Of a stretch of 64,000 nt of DNA, positions 1 to 9,697 are shown in pieces. The notes under the pieces were generated by a model. It had not been told where the DNA came from. It ran no database searches and saw only the letters and a list, made by a program, of their open reading frames with translations. The stretch is from Candidatus Nomurabacteria bacterium (GTDB lineage Bacteria > Patescibacteriota > Minisyncoccia > Phycocordibacterales > UBA918), in the NCBI GenBank assembly GCA_020632035.1, contig JACKGG010000002.1, positions 24,095 through 88,094 of the forward strand, written 5' to 3'. The position numbers and the translations under genes are program-made. How positions within the stretch are numbered: the stretch's first letter is position 1; each line of letters begins with the position of its first letter.

Positions 1-371
1 GGTAAGTACTCGTCAAAAGTCACCAGGATTTCAGTTCTACTCACATTGTCGACAGTCACGTTGTGTAACCGATCAACTGACTGGACTGAAGAAATAATTT
101 CTTTTTTGGGGAAAAACCAAGTAAAACGTCTGGGAATTATTCCTATATATGATCCTTCGAGTTGTTTGTTTGCAAGCTTTGCTATTTCACTAAGATCAAT
201 GGTTTTTCCACCTTCGACTGAAACTTGTGAAATGGTGAGTGGTGCCAGCCTTGTTCCGTACCAGACTCCAGTTACAAGCAAAGCAACAGTAACAATTACA
301 ATAATCCCAATCCCAATCTGCTTCAATAGCACACGGGTATCAGGATTTATTAACTGTCGACGTTTTTTCAT
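1..371 (-). CDS. FtsQ/DivIB-like cell-division protein, N-terminal part (cytoplasmic tail, TM anchor, POTRA-like region); 3' end runs off the window start
   Basis: Minus-strand ATG at 369-371. Translation: MKKRRQLINPDTRVLLKQIGIGIIVIVTVALLVTGVWYG...FPKKEIISSVQSVDRLHNVTVDNVSRTEILVTFDEY. Short basic N-terminus, one TM helix, then a POTRA-like beta-alpha pattern. Absent from the ORF track because it is open at the edge. Confidence 0.45.
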   Translation of the reverse strand, partial: MKKRRQLINPDTRVLLKQIGIGIIVIVTVALLVTGVWYGTRLAPLTISQVSVEGGKTIDLSEIAKLANKQLEGSYIGIIPRRFTWFFPKKEIISSVQSVDRLHNVTVDNVSRTEILVTFDEYL

Positions 372-496
372 TCCGTTAAAAATCAGAAGCTAAACTTCAA
401 ATAGGCTATTGAGTTTAATAATGACGTTTTGAAAAGGCATAGATATATTATAGCAACTTTTGTAATTTCTAACGGGATTCATGTTTGTATCGTAGC

Positions 497-531
497 ATAA
501 AAGTGCGCCGGTCTTTGACCGGCGCACTTTT
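497..531 (-). terminator. Intrinsic terminator downstream of serS
   Basis: GC stem gtgcgccggtc / gaccggcgcac with a TTT loop, flanked by T/A runs; lies 2 bp beyond the serS stop codon. Confidence 0.6.
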
Positions 532-532
532 T

Positions 533-1795
533 TTAACCTATTTGTTCTTTACCAAAATACTTTTGCAAAACCTCAGGGATCTTTATAGAGCCGTCGGCTT
601 GTTGGAAATTCTCAATTAAGGACACCAGGATTCTCGGCGTAGGAATAGCCGTACAGTTTAAAGAGTGAGCGTAGCGAATCTTACCATCATCCTCTCGGTA
701 GCGAATATTAAAACGGCGGGTCTGGAAATCATGAAAGTATGAAGCAGAGCTAATCTCGCGATAGGTTTTCTCCCCCGGAACCCACAGTTCAATATCATAC
801 TTCTTTACCTGTCCCTGGCCTAAGTCTCCACCACAGTTAAGCACTGTTCGGTATGGGATACCGAAAGACTCAATAAATTCTTCTGTATTTCTGTTAAGCC
901 ATTCGTGCCACTCGACACTCACTTGGTGAGATGCTTCGCACAACATAACTTGTTCTAGTTTATAAAACTCATGCACCCGGATCAGTCCTCTAGTGTCCTT
1001 ACCATGACTCCCAGCTTCACGCCGATAACAAGGAGAAAAGCCAAGAAACTTTACTGGAAATAATCCCTTATCGATAATTTCATCGGCGTAAAAACCCATC
1101 ACCGACACCTCGCTGGTACCAATCAGATAATCTTCGTCTTGAGTTTTATAGACATCGTCGGCTTCGTTCGGTAAATGCCCAGTACCATATAGATTGGACT
1201 TTCTAACTATAGTCGGTGGGATAACTGGTACGAAGCCTTTATTTTGAAAAAAGTCATTAGCGTAGTTCCAAATCGCCCAAGATAACTTCGCACCATCACC
1301 AAGTAAGTAGTAGCCCCGAAAGCCGTGCACTTTTGTACCACGCTCAAAATCAACCATCTTATGTTTAGTCATTAGTTCAACGTGATCTTTGGCTTCAAAA
1401 TCAAACTTATGCTTCTCGCCCCAAGTTTTCATCTCTTCATTATCAGCATCACTGTCTCCGTCTGGTACCGACATATCTGGAATATTGGGTACTTGAAGCA
1501 TCAAGGCTTGCCACTGTTCCATAATTGGTTTCAGAGCCTCTTCGTTTTTTTGCACCTCTTGCTTTAGTGCTTGCATCTCAGTTATGAGTTGTTGGCGAAC
1601 AGCCTGATCTGTTGCGGTTGGGATACCGTCTGAGATTCGATTCTGCTCGGCACGTTTTTCCTCGAGGCTTTGCATAACTTCTCGTCTTGAGTCATCTACC
1701 TGTACCAAACGATCAAGGTCGACTGTCATTTTTTTCTTAGTGACAGCTAGTTTAACAAGATCAATATTCTCCCTTATGAATTTAATATCCAACAT
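533..1795 (-). CDS. serS: Seryl-tRNA synthetase
   Basis: Translation has the N-terminal coiled-coil arm and class II aaRS core (…FRREAGSHGKDTRGLIRVHEF…, …GDLGQGQVKKYDIELW…). Start most likely at the second Met (MLDIKFIREN). Confidence 0.9.
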   Translation of the reverse strand: MLDIKFIRENIDLVKLAVTKKKMTVDLDRLVQVDDSRREVMQSLEEKRAEQNRISDGIPTATDQAVRQQLITEMQALKQEVQKNEEALKPIMEQWQALMLQVPNIPDMSVPDGDSDADNEEMKTWGEKHKFDFEAKDHVELMTKHKMVDFERGTKVHGFRGYYLLGDGAKLSWAIWNYANDFFQNKGFVPVIPPTIVRKSNLYGTGHLPNEADDVYKTQDEDYLIGTSEVSVMGFYADEIIDKGLFPVKFLGFSPCYRREAGSHGKDTRGLIRVHEFYKLEQVMLCEASHQVSVEWHEWLNRNTEEFIESFGIPYRTVLNCGGDLGQGQVKKYDIELWVPGEKTYREISSASYFHDFQTRRFNIRYREDDGKIRYAHSLNCTAIPTPRILVSLIENFQQADGSIKIPEVLQKYFGKEQIG

Positions 1796-1965
1796 AGTGG
1801 GTTTGATTATACACAACAAAATCAATATCTAAAAACCTGTTTTGGCTTATTATAGTCTAGCCAAACGGGAATCGTGTACCAACACAAAATAACTGCTTGC
1901 TTCGCTTGAGCATTTTTTATATTCAAGGAAATAATTTAAGCTGGTTCTAATGTTTTACCGATAGT

Positions 1966-4900
1966 TTATCTTCCTGCCAGTAATGTGTCTTCTCCAGTTA
2001 ACATTAGTCTAATAAACTTACCAGTTTGGAAGTTGTCGGATGCACTCAGCCTAAACGGATCTCCGCTTGATATACCAAACTCTCTCCAATCATCAGGCGT
2101 GAACTCCAAACCACTAGGAAGAATTTTGTACCCATCTTCTGAAACTGCTCCTGATAATTCTAACAAGGCCTGGGCCACTAGCCCTTCCGTGTTATTGGTA
2201 AAATTAGTGCTTCCACTAAGTAATCTAATTGGTAAAGTAATACCGTCTTTACTTACGCCATTAACATCCAACTTACCTTGATTTATAGTTTCGATAATAT
2301 GTTTCGATAAGGTCTCTCCGTTTTCCAAATCAAACTCATGCGTCATAACCGCATACTTACCCTCCATACTAAATCCCCTATTATTAAGTATGGCCTCACT
2401 TGGATCATTATTAACTTCGCTACTGTCCTCTTGAGAATTAGGCGTGTTCTCAGCTGAAAAGTCTTCCCTGGAATTACTTGAACCTTCCACTGTTTCAGAA
2501 GCTCCTTCCACAGATGTTTCTGGTTCCACACCGGAAACATCTGGTAGAACCACATCGGCATTTGGTTTAACCGAAACCTCTACATCTGGAACACTTTGTG
2601 GTGTGGGTACAACGTCTACTTCGGGTGTTTCTTTAGCAATTGATGCGCTGTCCTCAGAATCGCCCGTGGAAGCTACGACTTCTTCAGGAGATGAAGCATC
2701 AGCTTCATCAGGCAAATAGTCGTTAGGTCCACGCAAACCTTCTGAACCATCTCCTCCTTGAGGCCAACCTGCTTCCTTTGCGACTATTTCTTCTACTTCA
2801 GCTATAGACAGATCATCGGAGTCCTCCGTAAATGGGCTTGCAACAGAATCTATGTTTTGCACATCTGTTGTTCCCTTCATATCGTCGATAATTGCCTGAA
2901 CATTGATTTTATCAGTTTTACCATAGCCTTCAGCATCTGCAGCAAAGATCAAATCAGGATTACCACTGCTAACACCGTATCCTTCCCAAACTTTACCAGG
3001 AGAGTCTGAATGTTCAGACATCAAAATAAATTTACGAAAAAGATAGCTGTGAATAGAGTTTTCATCTTCACCTGATGGATAGCTCATTTCACCTGCAGCC
3101 ACCCTATTTTTTATAGCTTCTACCAAAATGCCAGTAAGTGTTTCTCCCTGCTTAACCTCATGTATTCTTTCTATATTGTTTGCTATAGACTCTTTTAAAA
3201 CTTCAGTACCTGCTTCAGGACGTGTCACATCCGAAAGTGAAGTTTGGTTCTCAACCGACGCATCTCCATTAACGATCTTCGCACCATACTCCACCTGCTC
3301 TTGAGTCATGAAATTAGGGTGATCGGGTCTCGCACCTACAGATTTAATATCAGAAGCCAACTTGCCATTTACATAGTCTTTTGCGTAATCCAGCTGCTCT
3401 TGAGTAATGTAGTTTGGCCCTCGGTAAGAAGTTTCTCCAGACGCTTGTTGAGCTTGACCTTCAACCACACTTTGAGTGTCAGTCGGAGAATCTATCTCGG
3501 ACTTAGGCAAGTCTACATCTTTAGATAATTCAGCCCCATCTAAAGGGGGCAGATCTGGATTCTGCTTGAAAGGATAATCTGACGCAGATGTACTATCGAA
3601 ATTTAATTTTGTATCTATTGGTAAATTATCAGGAACATCATCCGGAACACTAACTACGGACGCCTCAGCGGTAGCTTGAGCAACTGTCCCAGAAATTTGT
3701 GTTCCCGTGCTCCCACCAGTAGCAACTGGTTCAACTTTTACCTCAGGCGTATCTTCTACCGAAGCTACAGGTGCAAAAGCGGTCTTAGATGTTCCACCCG
3801 GAGTCAAGTCTGACATGAGAGTGTTCCCACTATCAGTTACAAACTCTTGCGCTGTATATAGGTCTAGGTTTTCATCTTTTATATAACCCTCAACTGAATC
3901 AAGAAATTCATCTGCTTCCGGTGAAGTAATTACTTCTAGCAATTGATCGTATAATTTAGATATACTGTCTGCCATCATTCCATAAACTGCAACCTTTGCG
4001 GTTTTTTCTGTATAGCGAGCAAACATTCCCACCGTGTCCAAAGCTCCTTGCTGACTCAGTAAGCGATCGTAGTCCTTTAACATACTTCTATTAGAACCAA
4101 GTCCAAGCCAACCATTAAGAATTCTTTCTTTCTTTGCTTCCTTTTGTTTGTCTGTAATTGATTCGTCACTGTCAATTTTTTCAAACTTTTTGTTAATTCT
4201 AGACACACTATAATTAGCGTGTTTTTGAAACACGTATTGGACCATCTTGGTGCCTGTAAATGGTTGGGGATTTTTTGCTAATCTTTTTAGGATGTCTTTC
4301 GGCACTCTTTCTTCATATATTTTTTGCAGGTTTTCACGACTTACTTTTTCTCCTTCTGGAGTTCTCTGGTTGGCAATCTCATGGATCTTCCAGGCTTCTT
4401 CAGCTGCTTCTTCGATGTCTTGTTCTTGTATTCTAGTTCTTTCAATTACTTCGTGGTTTTTAAGTCGTGCTTCTTTGGCTGCTTCTGATCCAGAGGCAGC
4501 AGCCATACTCAATAACATTGGCAGTCTTTGAGTAAAACCAACTGTTATCCCGGCCGCATCCGCCGCCAATCGACCATACTTGAGAGCATTTCCGGCTGCA
4601 CTTCCAATGTTGCCCAAATGATCTAACTTACCTATTCCCCCTCCTTCTGCTTTTTTGTCTTCCAAGCTCTCTATAGTGTCTAAAGCTTTTTTTTCTTTTT
4701 CATCAAATTGCTCTTTCCATGCTGTAAAAAATCTTCCACCAGTAGTTTCCTGATCGAATCTTTTTGACATCAGACCAAAAACTTTTGAAAAACTACTTGC
4801 TTTTAATGCTTGAAGTTTATGGCCAAAATTATGTATGCCCAATTTTGCTTTTTCTTGTTCTTCTGGAGACAGTCCTTCGAGTAATTTTTCGTATAATTCC

Positions 4901-5649
4901 TTTTCCATCTCTGGATCGAGAACTTCTTGAACTGTAGTAGCACCTGTAACCTCTGATCTAGATGGACCGACAAATTCATTAACTTTGACTGATTTATCTG
5001 GACCAGAGTCCTCTGTTGTAGCAGTTTTTGGTTCATCAGAAACTTCAAGAGGTGTTGATTCTACTACAAGTGTACCTTCCGAGTTAATATTGGATTGTGA
5101 CTGATAATCTGACTCAGGTTTTAGTGGTCCAACAAAATCTTCTATGCTTGTTTGTGGATCTAAAGAAATGTTTTCGTCTTCATTTGCAGGTTTCTTTTGT
5201 GTATCAATCACAACCGGCTCTTGGGAAAATGAGGATTTTACATCTGCGGGTTTTTGTGCGTGCTCTGGATAACGCTCAGCAAAAATTTGTTCGGCTTGGT
5301 TAGAAATGGAAGAAAGAAATTTAATAGCTTCTGGAGTTAGAGTCACAGAATCATTCCATGCTTGACCAGTCATCTTAGCTAGATACTTTTCATCTTCAAT
5401 TTTTTGTCTTTCTTCATCACTTAACTGGAGCTCCATTGGACCGTTTTTATCAACCCAGTTTGCCTTCAGTTCTTGAATAATCCCTTGAAGTAGTCTTGCC
5501 TTCTTATCAATATTTTCTTGATTCTTTGTCCAGTGCACTTGATTCGGTCCTACAGGCTCAGGGTTCAAATCATCCTCGCCAAACTTTCGCAGTTTTCTTG
5601 CTCTGTGACTATTTTTATTTAAAAAGTTTGGGTTTTCTGAATCTGTCAT
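1966..5649 (-). CDS. Large (1227 aa) acidic, low-complexity protein of unknown function
   Basis: Long uninterrupted ORF. No signal peptide or TM helix visible. Rich in D/E/S/T/P tracts. Contains an internal tandem duplication of about 28 aa (…NYITQEQLDYAKDYVNGKLASD… / …NFMTQEQVEYGAKIVNGDASVE…) at roughly nt 3250-3420. No domain recognised by eye. Confidence 0.6.
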   Translation of the reverse strand: MTDSENPNFLNKNSHRARKLRKFGEDDLNPEPVGPNQVHWTKNQENIDKKARLLQGIIQELKANWVDKNGPMELQLSDEERQKIEDEKYLAKMTGQAWNDSVTLTPEAIKFLSSISNQAEQIFAERYPEHAQKPADVKSSFSQEPVVIDTQKKPANEDENISLDPQTSIEDFVGPLKPESDYQSQSNINSEGTLVVESTPLEVSDEPKTATTEDSGPDKSVKVNEFVGPSRSEVTGATTVQEVLDPEMEKELYEKLLEGLSPEEQEKAKLGIHNFGHKLQALKASSFSKVFGLMSKRFDQETTGGRFFTAWKEQFDEKEKKALDTIESLEDKKAEGGGIGKLDHLGNIGSAAGNALKYGRLAADAAGITVGFTQRLPMLLSMAAASGSEAAKEARLKNHEVIERTRIQEQDIEEAAEEAWKIHEIANQRTPEGEKVSRENLQKIYEERVPKDILKRLAKNPQPFTGTKMVQYVFQKHANYSVSRINKKFEKIDSDESITDKQKEAKKERILNGWLGLGSNRSMLKDYDRLLSQQGALDTVGMFARYTEKTAKVAVYGMMADSISKLYDQLLEVITSPEADEFLDSVEGYIKDENLDLYTAQEFVTDSGNTLMSDLTPGGTSKTAFAPVASVEDTPEVKVEPVATGGSTGTQISGTVAQATAEASVVSVPDDVPDNLPIDTKLNFDSTSASDYPFKQNPDLPPLDGAELSKDVDLPKSEIDSPTDTQSVVEGQAQQASGETSYRGPNYITQEQLDYAKDYVNGKLASDIKSVGARPDHPNFMTQEQVEYGAKIVNGDASVENQTSLSDVTRPEAGTEVLKESIANNIERIHEVKQGETLTGILVEAIKNRVAAGEMSYPSGEDENSIHSYLFRKFILMSEHSDSPGKVWEGYGVSSGNPDLIFAADAEGYGKTDKINVQAIIDDMKGTTDVQNIDSVASPFTEDSDDLSIAEVEEIVAKEAGWPQGGDGSEGLRGPNDYLPDEADASSPEEVVASTGDSEDSASIAKETPEVDVVPTPQSVPDVEVSVKPNADVVLPDVSGVEPETSVEGASETVEGSSNSREDFSAENTPNSQEDSSEVNNDPSEAILNNRGFSMEGKYAVMTHEFDLENGETLSKHIIETINQGKLDVNGVSKDGITLPIRLLSGSTNFTNNTEGLVAQALLELSGAVSEDGYKILPSGLEFTPDDWREFGISSGDPFRLSASDNFQTGKFIRLMLTGEDTLLAGR

Positions 5650-5937
5650 AATATAAAAAATGTATCAGCTTACTGGTAATAATATCATGGAGCGTGCGGT
5701 AAAAATGTATTCTTATTAAAGGAAAAGGCCCGGCGGTATAGGATGTGGAATTGACTCACATCGCCGCTGGGCCCTTGATGACTGGATAAGATTCACAGCC
5801 ACCTGTCTCAGAGAGACCTTCGTCCCGATGGTTGGGACGGTGCTACCCACGAAGCCTTTGTTTTTGACTTCATGGTTCACTGGCAATTATACACGCTTTA
5901 TACTTTTTGTCAAGTCTTTTTACCTACGTGGTAGAAT

Positions 5938-6810
5938 TTGATTTATATGGACTTTCCAATTTTAGAGTTAATGGCTGGGGAATTTCCATCAGGCTTGAGG
6001 GAAATTCCCCAGCCGCCGAAATCCCTCAATTACCGTGGTCTCCTCCCTTCCACCGACCTCACACTTCTTTCTATTGTTGGTTCACGCAAATACACCACCT
6101 ACGGTAAGCAAGTAGTGGACGATCTAGTGTCCGGTCTAGCTGGCTACCCTATCGGTATTGTGTCTGGCATGGCTCTTGGGATTGATTCATTAGCCCACGA
6201 AACAGCCTTGATTAATAATTTATATACACTCGCCATTCCCGGCGGAGGTCTTTCAGACCGCCGCCTCTACCCCGCCACTCACAAGAAATTAGCTTTCCGA
6301 ATTCTTGAGGCGGGCGGAGGACTGCTATCGGAATTTGATCCTGATTTTCAAGCAACTCGTTATTCATTTGTACAACGAAATCGTTTAGTGGCTGGTATCA
6401 GCATGGCCACTCTACTCATAGAGGCCGGGGATAAATCTGGTACACTTATTACTGCTCGCATGGTAGCCGATTATAACCGTGAACTATTGGTTGTACCCGG
6501 CAGTATTTTTTCATCCAATAGCAAAGGTGTGCATCAGTTCCTAAAACTTGGAGCTACCCCAGTAACATCAAGTAAAGATATTCTTGATGTGTTACACATT
6601 GAGACCAATCTCAAAGACTCATCACAATTATCTCTAATCTTATCCCCAGTTGAGACACTCATACTTTCACACCTTGCCGAACCAACCCACAAAGACGATT
6701 TAATACGAAAAATCAACCTTCCTACCAACGAGGCTTCTCAGATTTTGATGTTGATGGAACTCCAAGGACACGTCAAAAGCGAACAAAATATATACAGGAC
6801 AAATCTCTAG
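5938..6810 (+). CDS. dprA: DNA processing protein DprA/Smf
   Basis: Rossmann-like DprA core (LSIVGSRKYTTYGKQVV…GIVSGMALGIDSLAHETAL…GDKSGTLITARMVADYNREL). Sits in the classic dprA-topA arrangement. Confidence 0.85.
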   Translation: MIYMDFPILELMAGEFPSGLREIPQPPKSLNYRGLLPSTDLTLLSIVGSRKYTTYGKQVVDDLVSGLAGYPIGIVSGMALGIDSLAHETALINNLYTLAIPGGGLSDRRLYPATHKKLAFRILEAGGGLLSEFDPDFQATRYSFVQRNRLVAGISMATLLIEAGDKSGTLITARMVADYNRELLVVPGSIFSSNSKGVHQFLKLGATPVTSSKDILDVLHIETNLKDSSQLSLILSPVETLILSHLAEPTHKDDLIRKINLPTNEASQILMLMELQGHVKSEQNIYRTNL

Positions 6811-6867
6811 TCGCGATACACACAGGTTGACAGATTCATCGTGTGCTAGTATTTGTTACCAATAATT

Positions 6868-9231
6868 ATGTCAAAACAAACATTAGTAATAGTTGAGTCT
6901 CCGGCTAAGTCAAAGACTATCGAAAAATATTTAGGAAAAGGCTACAAAGTAATGTCTTCTATTGGTCACATTCGTGATCTACCTAAAACCAACAAAGACG
7001 CCGTCGATATCGAAGGTGGTTTTGTTCCTCGCTACATAATTTCCCCAGGAAAAGAAAAAGTGATTGAAGGTCTGCAAGCGGTCGCAAAAAAATCGGATGA
7101 GGTACTCCTGGCTTCCGATCCCGATCGTGAAGGAGAAGCGATTGCTTGGCACGTAGCTGAATTACTCAAGAAACACAACTCCAATCTCAAACGAGTATCT
7201 TTTAATGAAATTACTGAAGATGCAGTAAAAGAGGCGATTGCTCATCCACGAGATATCGACATAAATCTTAAAGAAGCCCAAGAAGCTCGGCGAGTATTAG
7301 ACCGTTTGGTTGGTTATGATTTATCTGGATTGATTTGGAAAAAAGTTCGTTACGGTCTTTCAGCTGGTCGAGTACAATCTCCTGCTCTACGTATAGTAAT
7401 GGAACGTGAGCGAGAAATAAGAGCTTTTATACCAGAGGATTATTTTGTTCTAACTTCTTATCTTAAAGAAAGTAAGGATATTATTCCCTTTACCTGCACT
7501 ATTGAACCAAAGGAAGAAAAAGAAGCTAACCGAATTAAGGATATTGGCGAAAAAAATGACTGGGAAATTAAATCTATTAAAGAGAGTGAGGCGAAACGAG
7601 CGCCTCGCCCTCCTTTTACCACGTCGACTCTCCAACAGACTGCCTCAACCCGGCTAGGCTTTACTCCATCGCGTACCATGGGCGCGGCGCAAAAGCTCTA
7701 CGAAGCTGGTTTTATTACCTACATGCGTACCGACAGCCCAACTTTAAGTACTCAAGCACAAAAACAAATACTAGCTTTAGTAGCAAAGGATTTCGGCAAA
7801 AACTATGTCTCACCAAGAAACTACAAATCTAAAAGCAAATCAGCCCAAGAAGCTCACGAAGCGGTCCGACCATCAAACTTCGCTAAGCGCTCTGCTGGTA
7901 GCACAGCCGATCAGAAAGCCCTCTACGAACTGATCTGGGATCGGGCGGTCTCATCTCAAATGGCAGAAGCAATTATCCTGCGGACAAAACTGTTGGCCAA
8001 TGTAACTAGCGAAAAAGAGACGATCCCCGACTTTAGTGTGAATGGATCGAGAATCATCTTTGATGGCTGGCTAAAAGTCGATACTCGAGCTAGAGGTGAA
8101 GATACCGAGGTACCCAAACTCGCTCAAGGTGACATACTTAAGTGTAAAGAAGTTGAGATTGAAGCCAAACAAACCCAACCGCCTAACCGATATTCAGAAG
8201 CAGGATTAATTAAGGAACTAGAAAAAAGAGGTATCGGCCGCCCTTCGACTTACGCTTCAATAATGAACACTATTGTCCAGCGCGGTTATGTTGCCAAAGA
8301 AGGTCGCACCCTAATCCCTACCGATACCGGGGACGTGGTTTCCTCATTTCTTGAAAAACACTTCGCTGATTACATTGGTGATGACTTCACCAGCGAAATG
8401 GAGAATGAGCTTGACGAAATCGCCACTGGTGATCGTTCATACAAGAAGACTCTAGGTGATTTCTACACACCTTTTAAAAAAGCCGTCGATGCAAAGGAAG
8501 ATATAGAAAAACTAACTACCCTCGGAGCAGGACCAAAAGAATTTCCTTGTCCTATCTGTAAAGCTGGGATGGTTAAAAAACTTGGGCGCAATGGCACCTT
8601 CCTGTCTTGTGAAAGATTTCCAGACTGTGACGGAGCTCGCCTGATAGACGGATCAGAAGTAAAACCTGACGAGCCAATCGGAAACCACCCAGAAACTGGA
8701 GAACCAATATTTATTATGAACGGTCGTTTCGGTCCGTACATTCAACTCGGAGAAACACCTGAAAAGGTTAGTGGTAAAAAAACTATAACACCAAGACGCT
8801 CTTCTTTACCGGCTGAGGTAAAACCTGAGGATGTCACTTTGGAAGATGCTGTTCGTTACCTGCTTCTACCCCGCGAGTTAGGAATTCACCCAAAGACGGG
8901 AGAACCCGTCATGGCTAATTCTGGTCAGTACGGTCCATACATCGCTCACGCGGGAGATTTTCGTTCTTTGAAAGATCCTAAGGACAACCCGTACGATATT
9001 ACATTCGACCGCGCCATGGAAATACTGACTGAACCAAAACAGCTTAGAAAGGGAGAAAAACTTCTCAAAGAACTTGGTGTAAATCCCAAGACTAAAAAGA
9101 TGGTCAACGTTATGGAATCAAAATCAGGCCGTTACTTAAAGAAAGGTTTCAAACGAATTGGTATTCCTGACAATATAAAAACTGACGACATTACTCTAGA
9201 AATTGCCATTGATCTACTGAAACAAAAGTAG
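6868..9231 (+). CDS. topA: DNA topoisomerase I
   Basis: TOPRIM N-terminus (LVIVESPAKSKTIEKYLG), topoisomerase IA core, C-terminal zinc ribbon (CPICKAGMVKKLGRNGTFLSCERFPDCDG). ATG at 6868 preferred over the upstream TTG at 6853. Confidence 0.92.
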   Translation: MSKQTLVIVESPAKSKTIEKYLGKGYKVMSSIGHIRDLPKTNKDAVDIEGGFVPRYIISPGKEKVIEGLQAVAKKSDEVLLASDPDREGEAIAWHVAELLKKHNSNLKRVSFNEITEDAVKEAIAHPRDIDINLKEAQEARRVLDRLVGYDLSGLIWKKVRYGLSAGRVQSPALRIVMEREREIRAFIPEDYFVLTSYLKESKDIIPFTCTIEPKEEKEANRIKDIGEKNDWEIKSIKESEAKRAPRPPFTTSTLQQTASTRLGFTPSRTMGAAQKLYEAGFITYMRTDSPTLSTQAQKQILALVAKDFGKNYVSPRNYKSKSKSAQEAHEAVRPSNFAKRSAGSTADQKALYELIWDRAVSSQMAEAIILRTKLLANVTSEKETIPDFSVNGSRIIFDGWLKVDTRARGEDTEVPKLAQGDILKCKEVEIEAKQTQPPNRYSEAGLIKELEKRGIGRPSTYASIMNTIVQRGYVAKEGRTLIPTDTGDVVSSFLEKHFADYIGDDFTSEMENELDEIATGDRSYKKTLGDFYTPFKKAVDAKEDIEKLTTLGAGPKEFPCPICKAGMVKKLGRNGTFLSCERFPDCDGARLIDGSEVKPDEPIGNHPETGEPIFIMNGRFGPYIQLGETPEKVSGKKTITPRRSSLPAEVKPEDVTLEDAVRYLLLPRELGIHPKTGEPVMANSGQYGPYIAHAGDFRSLKDPKDNPYDITFDRAMEILTEPKQLRKGEKLLKELGVNPKTKKMVNVMESKSGRYLKKGFKRIGIPDNIKTDDITLEIAIDLLKQK

Positions 9232-9250
9232 CCGACATAGCCGGCTACAG
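9226..9250 (-). terminator. Hairpin terminator between topA and the convergent small gene
   Basis: Stem gtagccg / cggctac. On the minus strand it is followed by TTTTGTTT, so it mainly terminates the 9264-9596 minus-strand gene. Confidence 0.45.
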
Positions 9251-9263
9251 AAAACACGATACT

Positions 9264-9596
9264 TCACGCTGCTTCAGATGTTATATGATCGCCTAAGAGA
9301 TCAACTTCCACCTCTCCTCTATATTCTTCGTCTTCCTCCGGAGTCGGAGCAAAGCACTCTGGGTAATGCCTTCGCGTTATCCATTTGCCATAAAAATTTA
9401 CATATACATATCGTATATACTCCTCTCCTTCAAATATGGGCTGTATACAATTACAACAATGATACGACTTACTTGCAGTACTTACCCTAGTCCAAGTTTC
9501 AAGCAGCCTTCCCTTTTTGCGTTTATTTAACAATTGTAGCTCCTTTGCTAATTCATTCTTTTTAAACCGAAACTCTGCCAAACTTATTAAGTCCAT
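9264..9596 (-). CDS. Hypothetical small protein with Cys/His cluster
   Basis: 110-aa ORF (…SYHCCNCIQPIFEGEEY…RRHYPECF…) with a terminator downstream. No recognisable family. Confidence 0.4.
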   Translation of the reverse strand: MDLISLAEFRFKKNELAKELQLLNKRKKGRLLETWTRVSTASKSYHCCNCIQPIFEGEEYIRYVYVNFYGKWITRRHYPECFAPTPEEDEEYRGEVEVDLLGDHITSEAA

Positions 9597-9697
9597 GTGA
9601 ACCCCTTCAAATAGCTATTTAAGAAAATCTATCATAAAATTTTCTTGTTTGGAAGTTATAGCTTGTGTTTTATTGTTTCAGTCTCTAGAATACAAGT

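Noticed and set aside
46-393. Plus-strand 115-aa ORF at the window start
   Set aside because: It is antisense to a better-supported minus-strand FtsQ-like gene and has no RBS and an atypical composition.
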